This document shows, piece after piece, positions 46,327 through 55,433 of a DNA stretch of 64,000 bases. Source of the stretch: a virus; the IMG/VR virus record IMGVR_UViG_3300025012_000027, positions 74,027-138,026 of that record; one strand, 5' to 3'. Below the pieces are notes generated by a model. The model was not told where the DNA came from. It saw only the letters and a list, made by a program, of their open reading frames with translations, and made no database searches. Made by a program: the position numbers and the translations under genes. Every line of letters begins with the position of its first letter. Position 1 is the stretch's first letter.

Positions 46327-47430
46327 ATGTCATATTTCATTCGAAACGGAATCAATTTCAACGTATCTCCCGATGGGGCGATCGATATGTATACCAAGCT
46401 GCCTGCTGGTAACTACATCATCAAACAAGACCCATACGAAAATCTTTTTCTGCAGAAGGTTGACGACTTCGTGCCAGTGAAGAAAGTTTATGGTAACATC
46501 AACCGGTATGCTGATCGCATCCTCGAGACATATAGCAAACGCAACACGTCTACAGGCGTTTTACTGACCGGCGAAAAGGGCAGTGGCAAAACTCTGCTAG
46601 CAAAACAGTTGAGCATCGACCTCGCTAAACGAGATGTTCCTACGATCATCATCAACTCTCCGTGGACGGGTGATAAGTTCAACAAGTTCTTGCAGGACAT
46701 CGACCAAGAGTGCGTGGTTATGTTCGATGAGTTTGAAAAGGTGTACAATACAGAGGCCCAGGAAGTTATTTTAACTCTGTTGGATGGTGTATTTCCATCA
46801 TCGAAACTGTTCCTATTGACGTGTAATGATAAGTGGCGTGTAGATTCACATATGCGAAACCGCCCAGGTCGCATCTTTTATATGATCGACTTTGCTGGGC
46901 TCGACTCGGAATTCATCCGAGAATACTGCAATGATGCTTTGGACGACAAGCATCACATTGACAAGATCTGCGAGATTGCTTTGTTGTTCAAGGAGTTCAA
47001 CTTCGACATGCTGAAGTCTTTAGTCGAAGAGATGAATCGGTACAACGAATCGCCACAAGATTCAATGCTCATGTTGAACGCCAAACCAGAGTTCGGTGGA
47101 GATAACAGATACACCATCAATATCGTTAAAAACGGCGTATCCTTCGGTAAAAATGTGTCTCCATCAGTATACGAAGGAAATCCATTGAACGATGATTCGA
47201 TCAATGTCCACTATAAGGCTATTGCCAAGAAACCTTCTAATGATACGGATTGCGTTCCAGTGTCTAGTGGCGATGATGATGACGACGGCGGTTGGGGGTC
47301 AATTGTTGTGACGCAAGCAAACCTCATCAAAATACTGCCACAAGAAGGTCGATTCGTCTTTGTTAAAGATGACTTTGAAATTACGCTCACAAAGGTCGTT
47401 GAATATCGTTGCGATTGGCGAGCATTCTAA
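46327..47430 (+). CDS. AAA+ ATPase
   Basis: Walker A GEKGSGKT, Walker B VVMFDEF. Confidence 0.65.
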   Translation: MSYFIRNGINFNVSPDGAIDMYTKLPAGNYIIKQDPYENLFLQKVDDFVPVKKVYGNINRYADRILETYSKRNTSTGVLLTGEKGSGKTLLAKQLSIDLAKRDVPTIIINSPWTGDKFNKFLQDIDQECVVMFDEFEKVYNTEAQEVILTLLDGVFPSSKLFLLTCNDKWRVDSHMRNRPGRIFYMIDFAGLDSEFIREYCNDALDDKHHIDKICEIALLFKEFNFDMLKSLVEEMNRYNESPQDSMLMLNAKPEFGGDNRYTINIVKNGVSFGKNVSPSVYEGNPLNDDSINVHYKAIAKKPSNDTDCVPVSSGDDDDDGGWGSIVVTQANLIKILPQEGRFVFVKDDFEITLTKVVEYRCDWRAF

Positions 47431-47492
47431 CAAGCTGGTGCCAAGTGTGTTATAATTGCACACTTGGTTAAATAATGTTGACTAAGAGGTGA

Positions 47493-47675
47493 TTGGTGCT
47501 TTTAGAGTTTAAAGACGATATAGATCGCAGGATTGCCGAGTATGCTAGATCAAAATGTTCAACTGATGAACAAATAGAATTAGCACAATGGGTCACTTCT
47601 CTAATAAACCATAACTGGCGAGATCGTTTTGAGATCTTAACGTATATTGAGATGCGTATGCCAACTTTGCAATAG
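47493..47675 (+). CDS. hypothetical small protein (non-ATG start)
   Basis: ORF track only. Confidence 0.25.
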   Translation: MVLLEFKDDIDRRIAEYARSKCSTDEQIELAQWVTSLINHNWRDRFEILTYIEMRMPTLQ

Positions 47676-47684
47676 GAATTTATT

Positions 47685-48254
47685 ATGCCTTCAGTTTTCT
47701 TGTATTCAGATCCACACTTTGGACACTTTGGCGTCTGTCGCTTCACGCAAGGTGATGGTATAACACCGCTGCGCCCATGGGATCATCCGGATGAGATGGA
47801 TGAAGCAATGGTAAAGCTGTACAATGAAACTGTCAAGCCAAATGATAAAGTCTACTTTCTCGGCGATGTTGTTATCAATCGGCGAGCATTGCCTACATTG
47901 GGTAGGTTGAACGGCGAGAAGATTTTGCTGAAAGGCAATCACGACGTGTTCAGACTCGAAGAATATACACCATACTTCCGAGATATCAGATCATACCATG
48001 TAATGAACGGCGCAATCTTGAGCCACATCCCAGTGCATGAGTCTCAAATGGGGCGATTCGGCACTAACATTCACGGACATCTACATTCTGGTAGAGTGAT
48101 GACCACTAATCAGTATCATCAATCTGTCGTTGATACTAGATATCACTGCGTATGCGTTGAGCAAACTGACTTCAAACCTATTCTCGTAGAAGATGTATTC
48201 AAACGAATCCTAGCAGAAGGTGGATCGGTCGGTAAGACTCAAGGCAATCGCTGA
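47685..48254 (+). CDS. calcineurin-like metallophosphoesterase
   Basis: SDPHFGH, FLGDVV, GNHD phosphoesterase motifs. Confidence 0.7.
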   Translation: MPSVFLYSDPHFGHFGVCRFTQGDGITPLRPWDHPDEMDEAMVKLYNETVKPNDKVYFLGDVVINRRALPTLGRLNGEKILLKGNHDVFRLEEYTPYFRDIRSYHVMNGAILSHIPVHESQMGRFGTNIHGHLHSGRVMTTNQYHQSVVDTRYHCVCVEQTDFKPILVEDVFKRILAEGGSVGKTQGNR

Positions 48255-48301
48255 ATTGATACTGTCTTAAATAATACTAGTATTATTACAAGGATTATGA
48301 C

Positions 48302-50137
48302 ATGGCTTCAATCACCGAGATGGACCGTAACATCACAGCGGCATATCAGAAAATTAACTTTCGCAAAATGGTCTTCGAGAGTGTCGTGAATTCGGTGTTC
48401 TTGGAAACCGCCGATGAAGAAGAAACCACAAAGTTTCTAAGCTGGAAACAAGAAGTTCAAAAGGCAAATCCCGGAAAACGCCTGTTGTTCAAAGGCCGTA
48501 TCGAGAAGGGCGCTAAAGGCGACCTAAACACAGTATCAGCCGAAGAAAGCGGTAAAGATCGTTCGTATGGTGTTTGGGATCACGATGAGAAAAAAGGCCA
48601 TTTGTTTACGGAATCTGACGAATCTGGGTATTCTTCATTCCTACAAACAAAGCAGGGTGATGCACCGGTACCCATCGAGCCAGAAAATGTGGCCTCTGAT
48701 CCAGTTGATACAATCTCCATGGAAGTTCCATTCCTCATTCGAGCTATGGAGTATGCCAGAGAAGATGCAAAAACTGATGAGTCGTTGCATGTAGCAACTG
48801 AGAAGATGATTAAGTTTAGCAAAGCAGGTCCTTTAACGATGGCAGCGTACGATGAAATCTTTGGGGTTGATCATGCAGGGCCAGATGGGGATGGCGATGC
48901 TGACGATAAAACAGAAATGTCAGAAGCTACAAGAGAGCACCAAAATTGGGAAGTTAAAAGTGCTGTATGGAAAGACGAGGGTGGGTATAGAAAACCTACC
49001 GACGTAAAAACGCACAGCGTCCGATCAGACCGTGCATATAGAGCAGTGCAAAAAGCCGAAAAACAATATGAGCCTGGCCGTGAAACTTGGTCTGTCCATG
49101 CGTTAGGAAATGTCGCGGAAGGCGTTGGCGATAAAGAAGAGGTGGCTGAAGGCTTTAGCGATACCGATACTGTATTTTTAACCCCGCCGACCGGTAAGTT
49201 GGCGCATCTTCGGTATAATCTTTTCAGCGAAGGTTCGCCAGAAGATCATGCAGCCGCTATCAAATACCATTCCAAAGATGCAGATAGAGCTACCTCGCAA
49301 AAGTCAGCATTCCATGATATGCGCGCAAAGATGCATTCCGACTGGTTAGATGGGCGTCAAGTGACATCTGAAGGCTATGGCGAAGACGATGGAATTTTTA
49401 TGGGTGCTAAGGTGTATCACCGAGACCATCAGTCAGGCGAACCGTTCAAAGTTGTAAAAATCGTCGATGATCAACGAGTTGGAGTAGTTGACGACCACGG
49501 CAATACTACAGATTTGTTTATTAATCAATTAGTTCCAGCGAAAACAGCCGGCGATAAAGAACTTGAAGAAGCATATTCATATCCGGATGCTAAAGTTAGT
49601 CTGATCGCAGACCCAGAAGAACGAGCCAGAATCAATGATCTGAAATCGTTGTATTCGACGTTCGGCGGTGTAAAGGGTATTAAACGTGCTCGACACTTCG
49701 ACAAAACTGGACTGTTAAAGGCAACGGCTAAACAAAAGGATCTATTGTTTCGGATGACAGATGAGACGGGCAACGTTAAACCCAAACAAGATACGGTTAC
49801 TGAATCTAAGGGGTCCACCGAGCCGTTGTCGGTCGGGGATAATGTGACACTACGAAATCCAAATTCTTCATTGTATGGAGCATCCGGAAAGGTTGATCGG
49901 ATAGATGGTGATCAGGTGTACGTTTCGGGAAAAAACATGATGACATTACCCCACGATCGGAAGCATGTCCAACTTGTTTCCAAGCCATTGGCAGTAGTTG
50001 AATCACTAACTGCTAACGATAGTATCGACAAATGGATCGGTGATTTCATTGCGTCCAAAGATCCAAAGTTCGAAGGTAAGTCTAAAGAAGACCGTCGCAA
50101 AATGGCAGTTGGTGCGTTCTATGGAGCAAAGAAATAA
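48302..50137 (+). CDS. large acidic hypothetical protein
   Basis: ORF track; 611 aa. Confidence 0.55.
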   Translation: MASITEMDRNITAAYQKINFRKMVFESVVNSVFLETADEEETTKFLSWKQEVQKANPGKRLLFKGRIEKGAKGDLNTVSAEESGKDRSYGVWDHDEKKGHLFTESDESGYSSFLQTKQGDAPVPIEPENVASDPVDTISMEVPFLIRAMEYAREDAKTDESLHVATEKMIKFSKAGPLTMAAYDEIFGVDHAGPDGDGDADDKTEMSEATREHQNWEVKSAVWKDEGGYRKPTDVKTHSVRSDRAYRAVQKAEKQYEPGRETWSVHALGNVAEGVGDKEEVAEGFSDTDTVFLTPPTGKLAHLRYNLFSEGSPEDHAAAIKYHSKDADRATSQKSAFHDMRAKMHSDWLDGRQVTSEGYGEDDGIFMGAKVYHRDHQSGEPFKVVKIVDDQRVGVVDDHGNTTDLFINQLVPAKTAGDKELEEAYSYPDAKVSLIADPEERARINDLKSLYSTFGGVKGIKRARHFDKTGLLKATAKQKDLLFRMTDETGNVKPKQDTVTESKGSTEPLSVGDNVTLRNPNSSLYGASGKVDRIDGDQVYVSGKNMMTLPHDRKHVQLVSKPLAVVESLTANDSIDKWIGDFIASKDPKFEGKSKEDRRKMAVGAFYGAKK

Positions 50138-50451
50138 TGTCCGAATACCAAGACATGTTCGATGCCAATCGGGCGATCATAGCAGCATATGGGCATGTCG
50201 TAGAGGCGGCTGCTCTTAGGCTAACCCCTATGGGGAAACAACACGACATTGGTATGTATTCGATTGACTTGTTCAAGCATCCACTACCAAACGGAGAAAC
50301 TAACTTCGTTGGGCATATCTTTCACGGAAATAAACGATTGAAAGAAGTGCAAATCTTTAAGGGGGCTGATGATCAAGCATCCGCGGATCATCTCAAACAA
50401 GAATCTGCAGACGCATTAGCAGAATTTGTTAAAACTGAAAAGAGGGTTTGA
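50137..50451 (+). CDS. hypothetical protein
   Basis: ORF track; ATGA-type coupling. Confidence 0.5.
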   Translation: MSEYQDMFDANRAIIAAYGHVVEAAALRLTPMGKQHDIGMYSIDLFKHPLPNGETNFVGHIFHGNKRLKEVQIFKGADDQASADHLKQESADALAEFVKTEKRV

Positions 50452-50491
50452 CATCTCTTGGCAGTGATGTTAAAATACAGTTTTAGGAGTG

Positions 50492-50797
50492 ATGATGGAA
50501 GATATCATGTTGGCGATTGTTATTGGGCTCACCGCCGGTTTCATACTCAGGACATTGTATGACCGCTTTTCAAATAATGACGAAGCCGAAGATGACGGCC
50601 CCATGCCGCGTATCTTTGATGTAGATAAGATTGATGCATCATATTTCGCATATGATGAGTCCGAGACATTTGTAGCACAAGAACCTACACTGCAAGCTCT
50701 TGTTGATCGTCTAGTAGAACTCCATACATTCATCGCGCTCGCCACTGCTAACGAAGAAGTTAAAACAGAACTACTTTCAATGGCTAAGCAGGCGTAG
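50492..50797 (+). CDS. hypothetical protein with N-terminal TM helix
   Basis: ORF track; promoter variant TGTTAAAAT at 50468; RBS GGAGTG. Confidence 0.5.
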   Translation: MMEDIMLAIVIGLTAGFILRTLYDRFSNNDEAEDDGPMPRIFDVDKIDASYFAYDESETFVAQEPTLQALVDRLVELHTFIALATANEEVKTELLSMAKQA

Positions 50798-51269
50798 TAG
50801 TTTTCCCTGAAATTTTGTTATACTGTTCTTCTGTCCAGCCCATTGCATCGAGCAATACGTTGAACGTGATCGTCGGAAGAACGGTATGTAACGTTTGATC
50901 TTTGATATGAATCATCCATATAGCATCCTCGGCGGACATATCTTCCATCCACTGAACTAGGATTTGTTCCTTTTGGAACTGTTTTAGATCTTTACTGAAC
51001 ATAATGTAGTATTTGTTAGATAGATTCAAAATCTCTAGCGGAGCCACCCCCACTGGATGCAGACTGGGAATGTATGGTGGGATTCCAGCTGGTAACGGAG
51101 ATTTAAACTTTGGGTTTAGCGCATAGCCGAACATCACGTTCAATCTCGAATCTTTTTTCATGATGTTGCGCAAATACTGTGCTGGATCTTCGGACTTGCC
51201 AGCAAGTGTCATGATTTCGTGGAAAGTGATGTTTTTATCATTCAGTTTTTCGTTCATTGTATTCTCCAT
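50784..51269 (-). CDS. hypothetical protein (minus-strand gene; start uncertain)
   Basis: 188-aa minus ORF; start placed at MENTMNEKL because the 5' extension overlaps a + strand ORF and looks non-coding. Confidence 0.4.
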   Translation of the reverse strand: MENTMNEKLNDKNITFHEIMTLAGKSEDPAQYLRNIMKKDSRLNVMFGYALNPKFKSPLPAGIPPYIPSLHPVGVAPLEILNLSNKYYIMFSKDLKQFQKEQILVQWMEDMSAEDAIWMIHIKDQTLHTVLPTITFNVLLDAMGWTEEQYNKISGKTTTPA

Positions 51270-51332
51270 ATTAACTACCATATATTTATGCATCAATATA
51301 AACTCAAGATTGTAGATTGTCACGACTCGCTG

Positions 51333-51509
51333 ATGTGGTATGCCAAGCATATCGGCGAATGCTTTCCGTTTGTTCGTATGGTTGAAGAGGGGTTCATGAG
51401 CCGAGAACCAGCTGGCTATCTGAACATCGTTCGATATTATGATGCTATTCTGTTGGATGAAAACGACAACGAAGTTATTTTTGATAATCGCCCTGCTGAT
51501 ATGCGCTAA
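51333..51509 (+). CDS. possible small protein (58 aa)
   Basis: 3' part of ORF 51219..51509; divergent to the minus gene. Confidence 0.3.
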   Translation: MWYAKHIGECFPFVRMVEEGFMSREPAGYLNIVRYYDAILLDENDNEVIFDNRPADMR

Positions 51510-51547
51510 ATGGTGTTATAATAGTGACACTAACAAGGAACTTTATT

Positions 51548-51763
51548 ATGTACGCTACTCTGTTTAATCGCTCTTCTGGCAGCACTGTAGTGCAAACTAC
51601 GGTTGCAGAACTGTTGCAGTTCATCAAAGCATTTGCTCATACCGTTACGGATGTTGATGATCGCACCGAGCTCGAAGACTTGCTCGAATACGATGTTGAA
51701 TTTTACGAACGAGTTGGTAAAGTTGAAGGGTCTACCTTCGTAGTTCAAGTTTGGAAGCCGTGA
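51548..51763 (+). CDS. hypothetical protein
   Basis: Promoter at 51514, leader AAGGAACTTTATTATG. Confidence 0.5.
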   Translation: MYATLFNRSSGSTVVQTTVAELLQFIKAFAHTVTDVDDRTELEDLLEYDVEFYERVGKVEGSTFVVQVWKP

Positions 51764-51764
51764 T

Positions 51765-52763
51765 ATGGGTGGGAATGCACTTAAGAATATCGAAACTCGT
51801 CGATACGTTCGAGACGAGTATGAACGAATTGCGAAGGCGGTTCTCGAAAAACTGAACCCAGTTCGTTGTATAGATAGAGCAATTGATATCCCGGCATATC
51901 GCACAAAGGAAACTTTCGGCGATTTGGATATCCTATACTCTACCAATACAGATACCCCGCTGTCAGTCGAACAGATCGAAGCTGTCTTTTCGCCCGACGA
52001 GATTGTTAGGAATACTAATGTGATCTCGTTTAACTATGAAGAGTTGCAGGTTGATCTTATCCACTCACCTCGAAATTGCTTCGATTATGCTTTATCGTAT
52101 TTCAGTTGGAATGATACTGGTAACTTGATTGGTAGGATCGCACATAAGTTTGGGGTCAAGCATGGGCATGCTGGGCTCATTTTCCCAGTAAGGGAGTCTG
52201 ATCAAGTAATAGCAGAGATCGTATTGACTACAGATCACGATCTAGCACTTACGTGGCTTGGGTTCGATGCCGGAGTGTTTAATGCCGGGTTCGATTCATT
52301 GGATCAGATTTTCAACTTCGTGACATCGAATCCGTTCTACAATCCAGAATTCTATAAATTGGAAAACTTAAACAATATTGCTCGGACACGAGACACCAAG
52401 CGTTCTACGTATTCATCATTTTTGGAACATGGTCGGACGATGACTGGAACATTCTGGACTCCTGTGAGTGACAAGACTTGGTATGCTGAAAGCATGTTCA
52501 GGCGCTTCCCTGAAGCAACCAAACAGTTTAAAGAAGCTATGCAACAACTAGCATTTATGCGCCAAGCAAGGACAAAGTTCAATGGAGACATTGTATCAGA
52601 TCTTACTGGTCTGACAGGTAAGCCACTCGGTGAATTTATGCGGCATCTTAAAACATCATTCTGGCTAACTCCGGAGATGGTTGTATTCCAATCAACTGCA
52701 AGAATCGTATCCATTATTAACATGGAATTTGACACTTTTAAACTACTAACAAAGGATAAATAA
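51765..52763 (+). CDS. putative Pol-beta-fold nucleotidyltransferase
   Basis: TFGDLDILYS (hG-DhDh) and a later QVDLIH acidic motif; weak. Confidence 0.35.
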   Translation: MGGNALKNIETRRYVRDEYERIAKAVLEKLNPVRCIDRAIDIPAYRTKETFGDLDILYSTNTDTPLSVEQIEAVFSPDEIVRNTNVISFNYEELQVDLIHSPRNCFDYALSYFSWNDTGNLIGRIAHKFGVKHGHAGLIFPVRESDQVIAEIVLTTDHDLALTWLGFDAGVFNAGFDSLDQIFNFVTSNPFYNPEFYKLENLNNIARTRDTKRSTYSSFLEHGRTMTGTFWTPVSDKTWYAESMFRRFPEATKQFKEAMQQLAFMRQARTKFNGDIVSDLTGLTGKPLGEFMRHLKTSFWLTPEMVVFQSTARIVSIINMEFDTFKLLTKDK

Positions 52764-52909
52764 TGGATGAAAATGCTTTGGCACCACTCGGTCTGAATCT
52801 CAAAATGATTCAGGATAGTCCTAAAACATGGAGCATCAACAAATCTTTGGCTTTCAAATTGTCTTTCAATTCAATGCAAAGCGTCGGTGATTTCTTCATG
52901 ACAATGTAA
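52763..52909 (+). CDS. possible small protein (48 aa)
   Basis: TAATG overlap with previous gene; below ORF cutoff. Confidence 0.3.
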   Translation: MDENALAPLGLNLKMIQDSPKTWSINKSLAFKLSFNSMQSVGDFFMTM

Positions 52910-52927
52910 GATGGTGATCTGCTCTTT

Positions 52928-53251
52928 TTGTCTAGAGCGACTGAGATCATGTTTCATGGAAGTGACTCATCTCAAGAACTTGAAACCGAGACAGAGATGT
53001 TGTTGCTGGCATGTTTGCTCGCGATGGGTGAAGGTCTGGATATCACAGATAATCCAGACGAGCTTGTTGCTAGGTGCCAATCACTCGTATCGTTCATCGC
53101 AGTTGAATCATTGCACCGCCGCGGATTTGCTGACGTCATCCATAAAAATATGTCTTTAGGTGCGGATGCAGCGACTCTGGATATCGCAAAAATTACTCCT
53201 GCCGGCGAGACATATATCAAGGGAACGTTCGGTGGAGATACTCACAACTAA
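52928..53251 (+). CDS. hypothetical acidic protein
   Basis: ORF track. Confidence 0.5.
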   Translation: MSRATEIMFHGSDSSQELETETEMLLLACLLAMGEGLDITDNPDELVARCQSLVSFIAVESLHRRGFADVIHKNMSLGADAATLDIAKITPAGETYIKGTFGGDTHN

Positions 53252-53278
53252 ATACCTTATTAGTCACATAAGGTTCAT

Positions 53279-54034
53279 ATGCTAGGCTCACTTCCTTTTT
53301 ATCACGGTATCACCAGAAAAGTTATCGTTGCATTTGGTCAGATTTTCTCGGACATCAAGATCCAACGATTCAATTCGTCAAACGTCGTCGAACAGCTAAT
53401 ATCGGTTCCTGTGTCATATGGTAACCGTGAAAAATGGTATCAGCGTCTAAAGGAAGAGCCTGGGCTGGATCAGCGTGTTTTAATAACATTGCCTAGAATT
53501 GGGTTTGAGATTGCTGGACTTCGATACGACCCATCGAGAAACATCAATAAACTTACTCGGTACCGAGCTTGTCTTCCATCAGCTAACGGAAATACGCCGA
53601 GTGCATTTGTCCCAGTACCGTACAATATTGAGTTCAATCTGTACATCATGACGAAGACTCAAGATGACATGCTGCAAATCGTCGAACAGATCCTACCATT
53701 CTTTGCACCACAATATAATCTTAGCATTGTGTTGTCACCGGAACTTGGTATGACTCAAGATGTACCCATCACGCTGACTGGCGTCAATATTGACGATAGT
53801 TATACAGGTAGTATGGAAGATCGACGGGAGATCATTGGCACTTTAACATTCTCGTCGAAGGTCGAATATCTAGGACCAGTCAATAACAATACGGCTCTTA
53901 TCACTAGTGTCAAGACAAAAATTGATCCAGAATCTGGTCAGGTCGCTCGTGAAGTCGACGTCATTGCCGATGGCACGATTGATAACTATACATTGATCGA
54001 GGAATTCTTCGATATCCCTAGACCAATAGCATAA
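53279..54034 (+). CDS. hypothetical protein
   Basis: ORF track; RBS AAGG. Confidence 0.55.
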   Translation: MLGSLPFYHGITRKVIVAFGQIFSDIKIQRFNSSNVVEQLISVPVSYGNREKWYQRLKEEPGLDQRVLITLPRIGFEIAGLRYDPSRNINKLTRYRACLPSANGNTPSAFVPVPYNIEFNLYIMTKTQDDMLQIVEQILPFFAPQYNLSIVLSPELGMTQDVPITLTGVNIDDSYTGSMEDRREIIGTLTFSSKVEYLGPVNNNTALITSVKTKIDPESGQVAREVDVIADGTIDNYTLIEEFFDIPRPIA

Positions 54035-54051
54035 ACGTGTTATAATATATT

Positions 54052-54470
54052 ATGAAAAACGTAAACAGAAACTAATTCTCATTCGTGGACTTCCCGGTAG
54101 TGGCAAAAGCACTCTCGCGAAATCGTTTGATGGGTTTCACTTCGAAGCCGATCAATATTTTGTAGATGCATTGACGGGCGAGTATGAATTTGATGCATCT
54201 AGATTGCATCTCGCGCATGCAATTTGTCAACAAAGTGCCAGGGATGCACTGACTACTGGGGCCGATGCAATCGTTAGCAACACGTTCACTACCTTGAAAG
54301 AACTCAAACCATATTTCAAGTTGGCAAAAGAGTTTAAGATTGTTCCCACAGTAATCTTGTGTCAAAACATGTTTGGTAACGTACATAACGTTCCGGTTGA
54401 AGCATTGGATCGTATGCGAGACAGATTCGCATATGACATTTCAAGTTTGTTTAATGAAGGTGGCGAATGA
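54052..54470 (+). CDS. P-loop kinase (AAA_33 / polynucleotide-kinase-like); annotated ATG is one base out of frame with the Walker A reading frame
   Basis: Frame-0 translation KRKQKLILIRGLPGSGKSTLAKSF...; no in-frame ATG/GTG/TTG upstream; ATG at 54052 is in frame +1 and sits in the run GAAAAAC. Confidence 0.5.
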
Positions 54471-55375
54471 TTACAGTAACGGGCCAGGCCGGGATTAGTG
54501 CGAAGATTATCAAACATAGCGTATCCAATGGAACCCCGATCTTTACGCTTGAGCTAGAATATCCCAGATTTATCCACAGTGAAGTAATGACACACCGCAT
54601 GCTGAGCAAGAACTCAGCATCGTCTCGAGCCATCCCTGTTAAAAAGATGTTGGAAATGATTCGTAACGACCCGGCAATGCCAGTGTATTGGGGTAAGAAT
54701 CAACCCGGCATGCAAGCGGCAGAAGAACTATCAGAGTTCGACAAATTGCGAGCAAAAGATGCTTGGAAGTATGCTGCCATGTGGGCGGCCATTTACTCAG
54801 AACGACTCGTTGATCTAGATGTTCATAAGCAAATTTCCAACCGAATCTGCGAACCGTTTCAACGCATGAAAACGGTAGTGACCGGTACGGAGTGGAACAA
54901 CTTCTTCAAACTTCGAGATCATCCAGCCGCACAGCCCGAGTTCAGAGAATTGGCGCAGTGTATGCTACAAGCTATGAAACAATCTCGCCCAGATATGTTA
55001 TTGCCAGGTGAATGGCATCTTCCATATGTCAATATTGTGCGAACACCGACTGAGCTTCAATATTGGGTCGGTAATGAGCAACTACGTCTCGAGACGGCGC
55101 TGATGGTAAGCACATCATGCTGCGCCCAAGTCAGCTATCGCAATCTAGATGATAGCATCGAAAAGGCAAAGGCTATTTTCGATCGTTTGAACTTGCGTGG
55201 AGAGAACGGCGAACCTGCACATTCATCTCCAGCTGAACACCAAGCAACTCCGATGAAATTTGATGACATCCGCAATAACCATGTTTGGGACACTGGAGTG
55301 ACCCACACAGATCGATATGGTGATATGTGGAGTGGAAATTTTAAAAGCTGGATTCAGCACCGACAAATATTATAG
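54467..55375 (+). CDS. thyX: ThyX-like flavin-dependent thymidylate synthase family protein (Thy1 fold) with variant THR-x7-S motif
   Basis: MTHRMLSKNSASSRA aligns with ThyX FRHRIASYNELSGRY (first Arg replaced by Thr); ATGA coupling. Confidence 0.55.
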   Translation: MITVTGQAGISAKIIKHSVSNGTPIFTLELEYPRFIHSEVMTHRMLSKNSASSRAIPVKKMLEMIRNDPAMPVYWGKNQPGMQAAEELSEFDKLRAKDAWKYAAMWAAIYSERLVDLDVHKQISNRICEPFQRMKTVVTGTEWNNFFKLRDHPAAQPEFRELAQCMLQAMKQSRPDMLLPGEWHLPYVNIVRTPTELQYWVGNEQLRLETALMVSTSCCAQVSYRNLDDSIEKAKAIFDRLNLRGENGEPAHSSPAEHQATPMKFDDIRNNHVWDTGVTHTDRYGDMWSGNFKSWIQHRQIL

Positions 55376-55433
55376 ATCGATGACGTAAATTCTGCAAAAT
55401 GGTGTTATAATATAGGCTAAGAAGGAATACACT

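Noticed and set aside
51219-51332. 5' part of + ORF 51219-51509 and 5' extension of minus ORF to 51350
   Set aside because: Both translations are low-complexity across 51270-51332; this is more likely an AT-rich divergent intergenic region
54052-54075. Programmed -1 frameshift at A-run as explanation for kinase start
   Set aside because: GAAAAAC is not a canonical X_XXY_YYZ heptamer in the ATG frame; a homopolymer indel (error or pseudogene) is simpler, though slippage is not excluded
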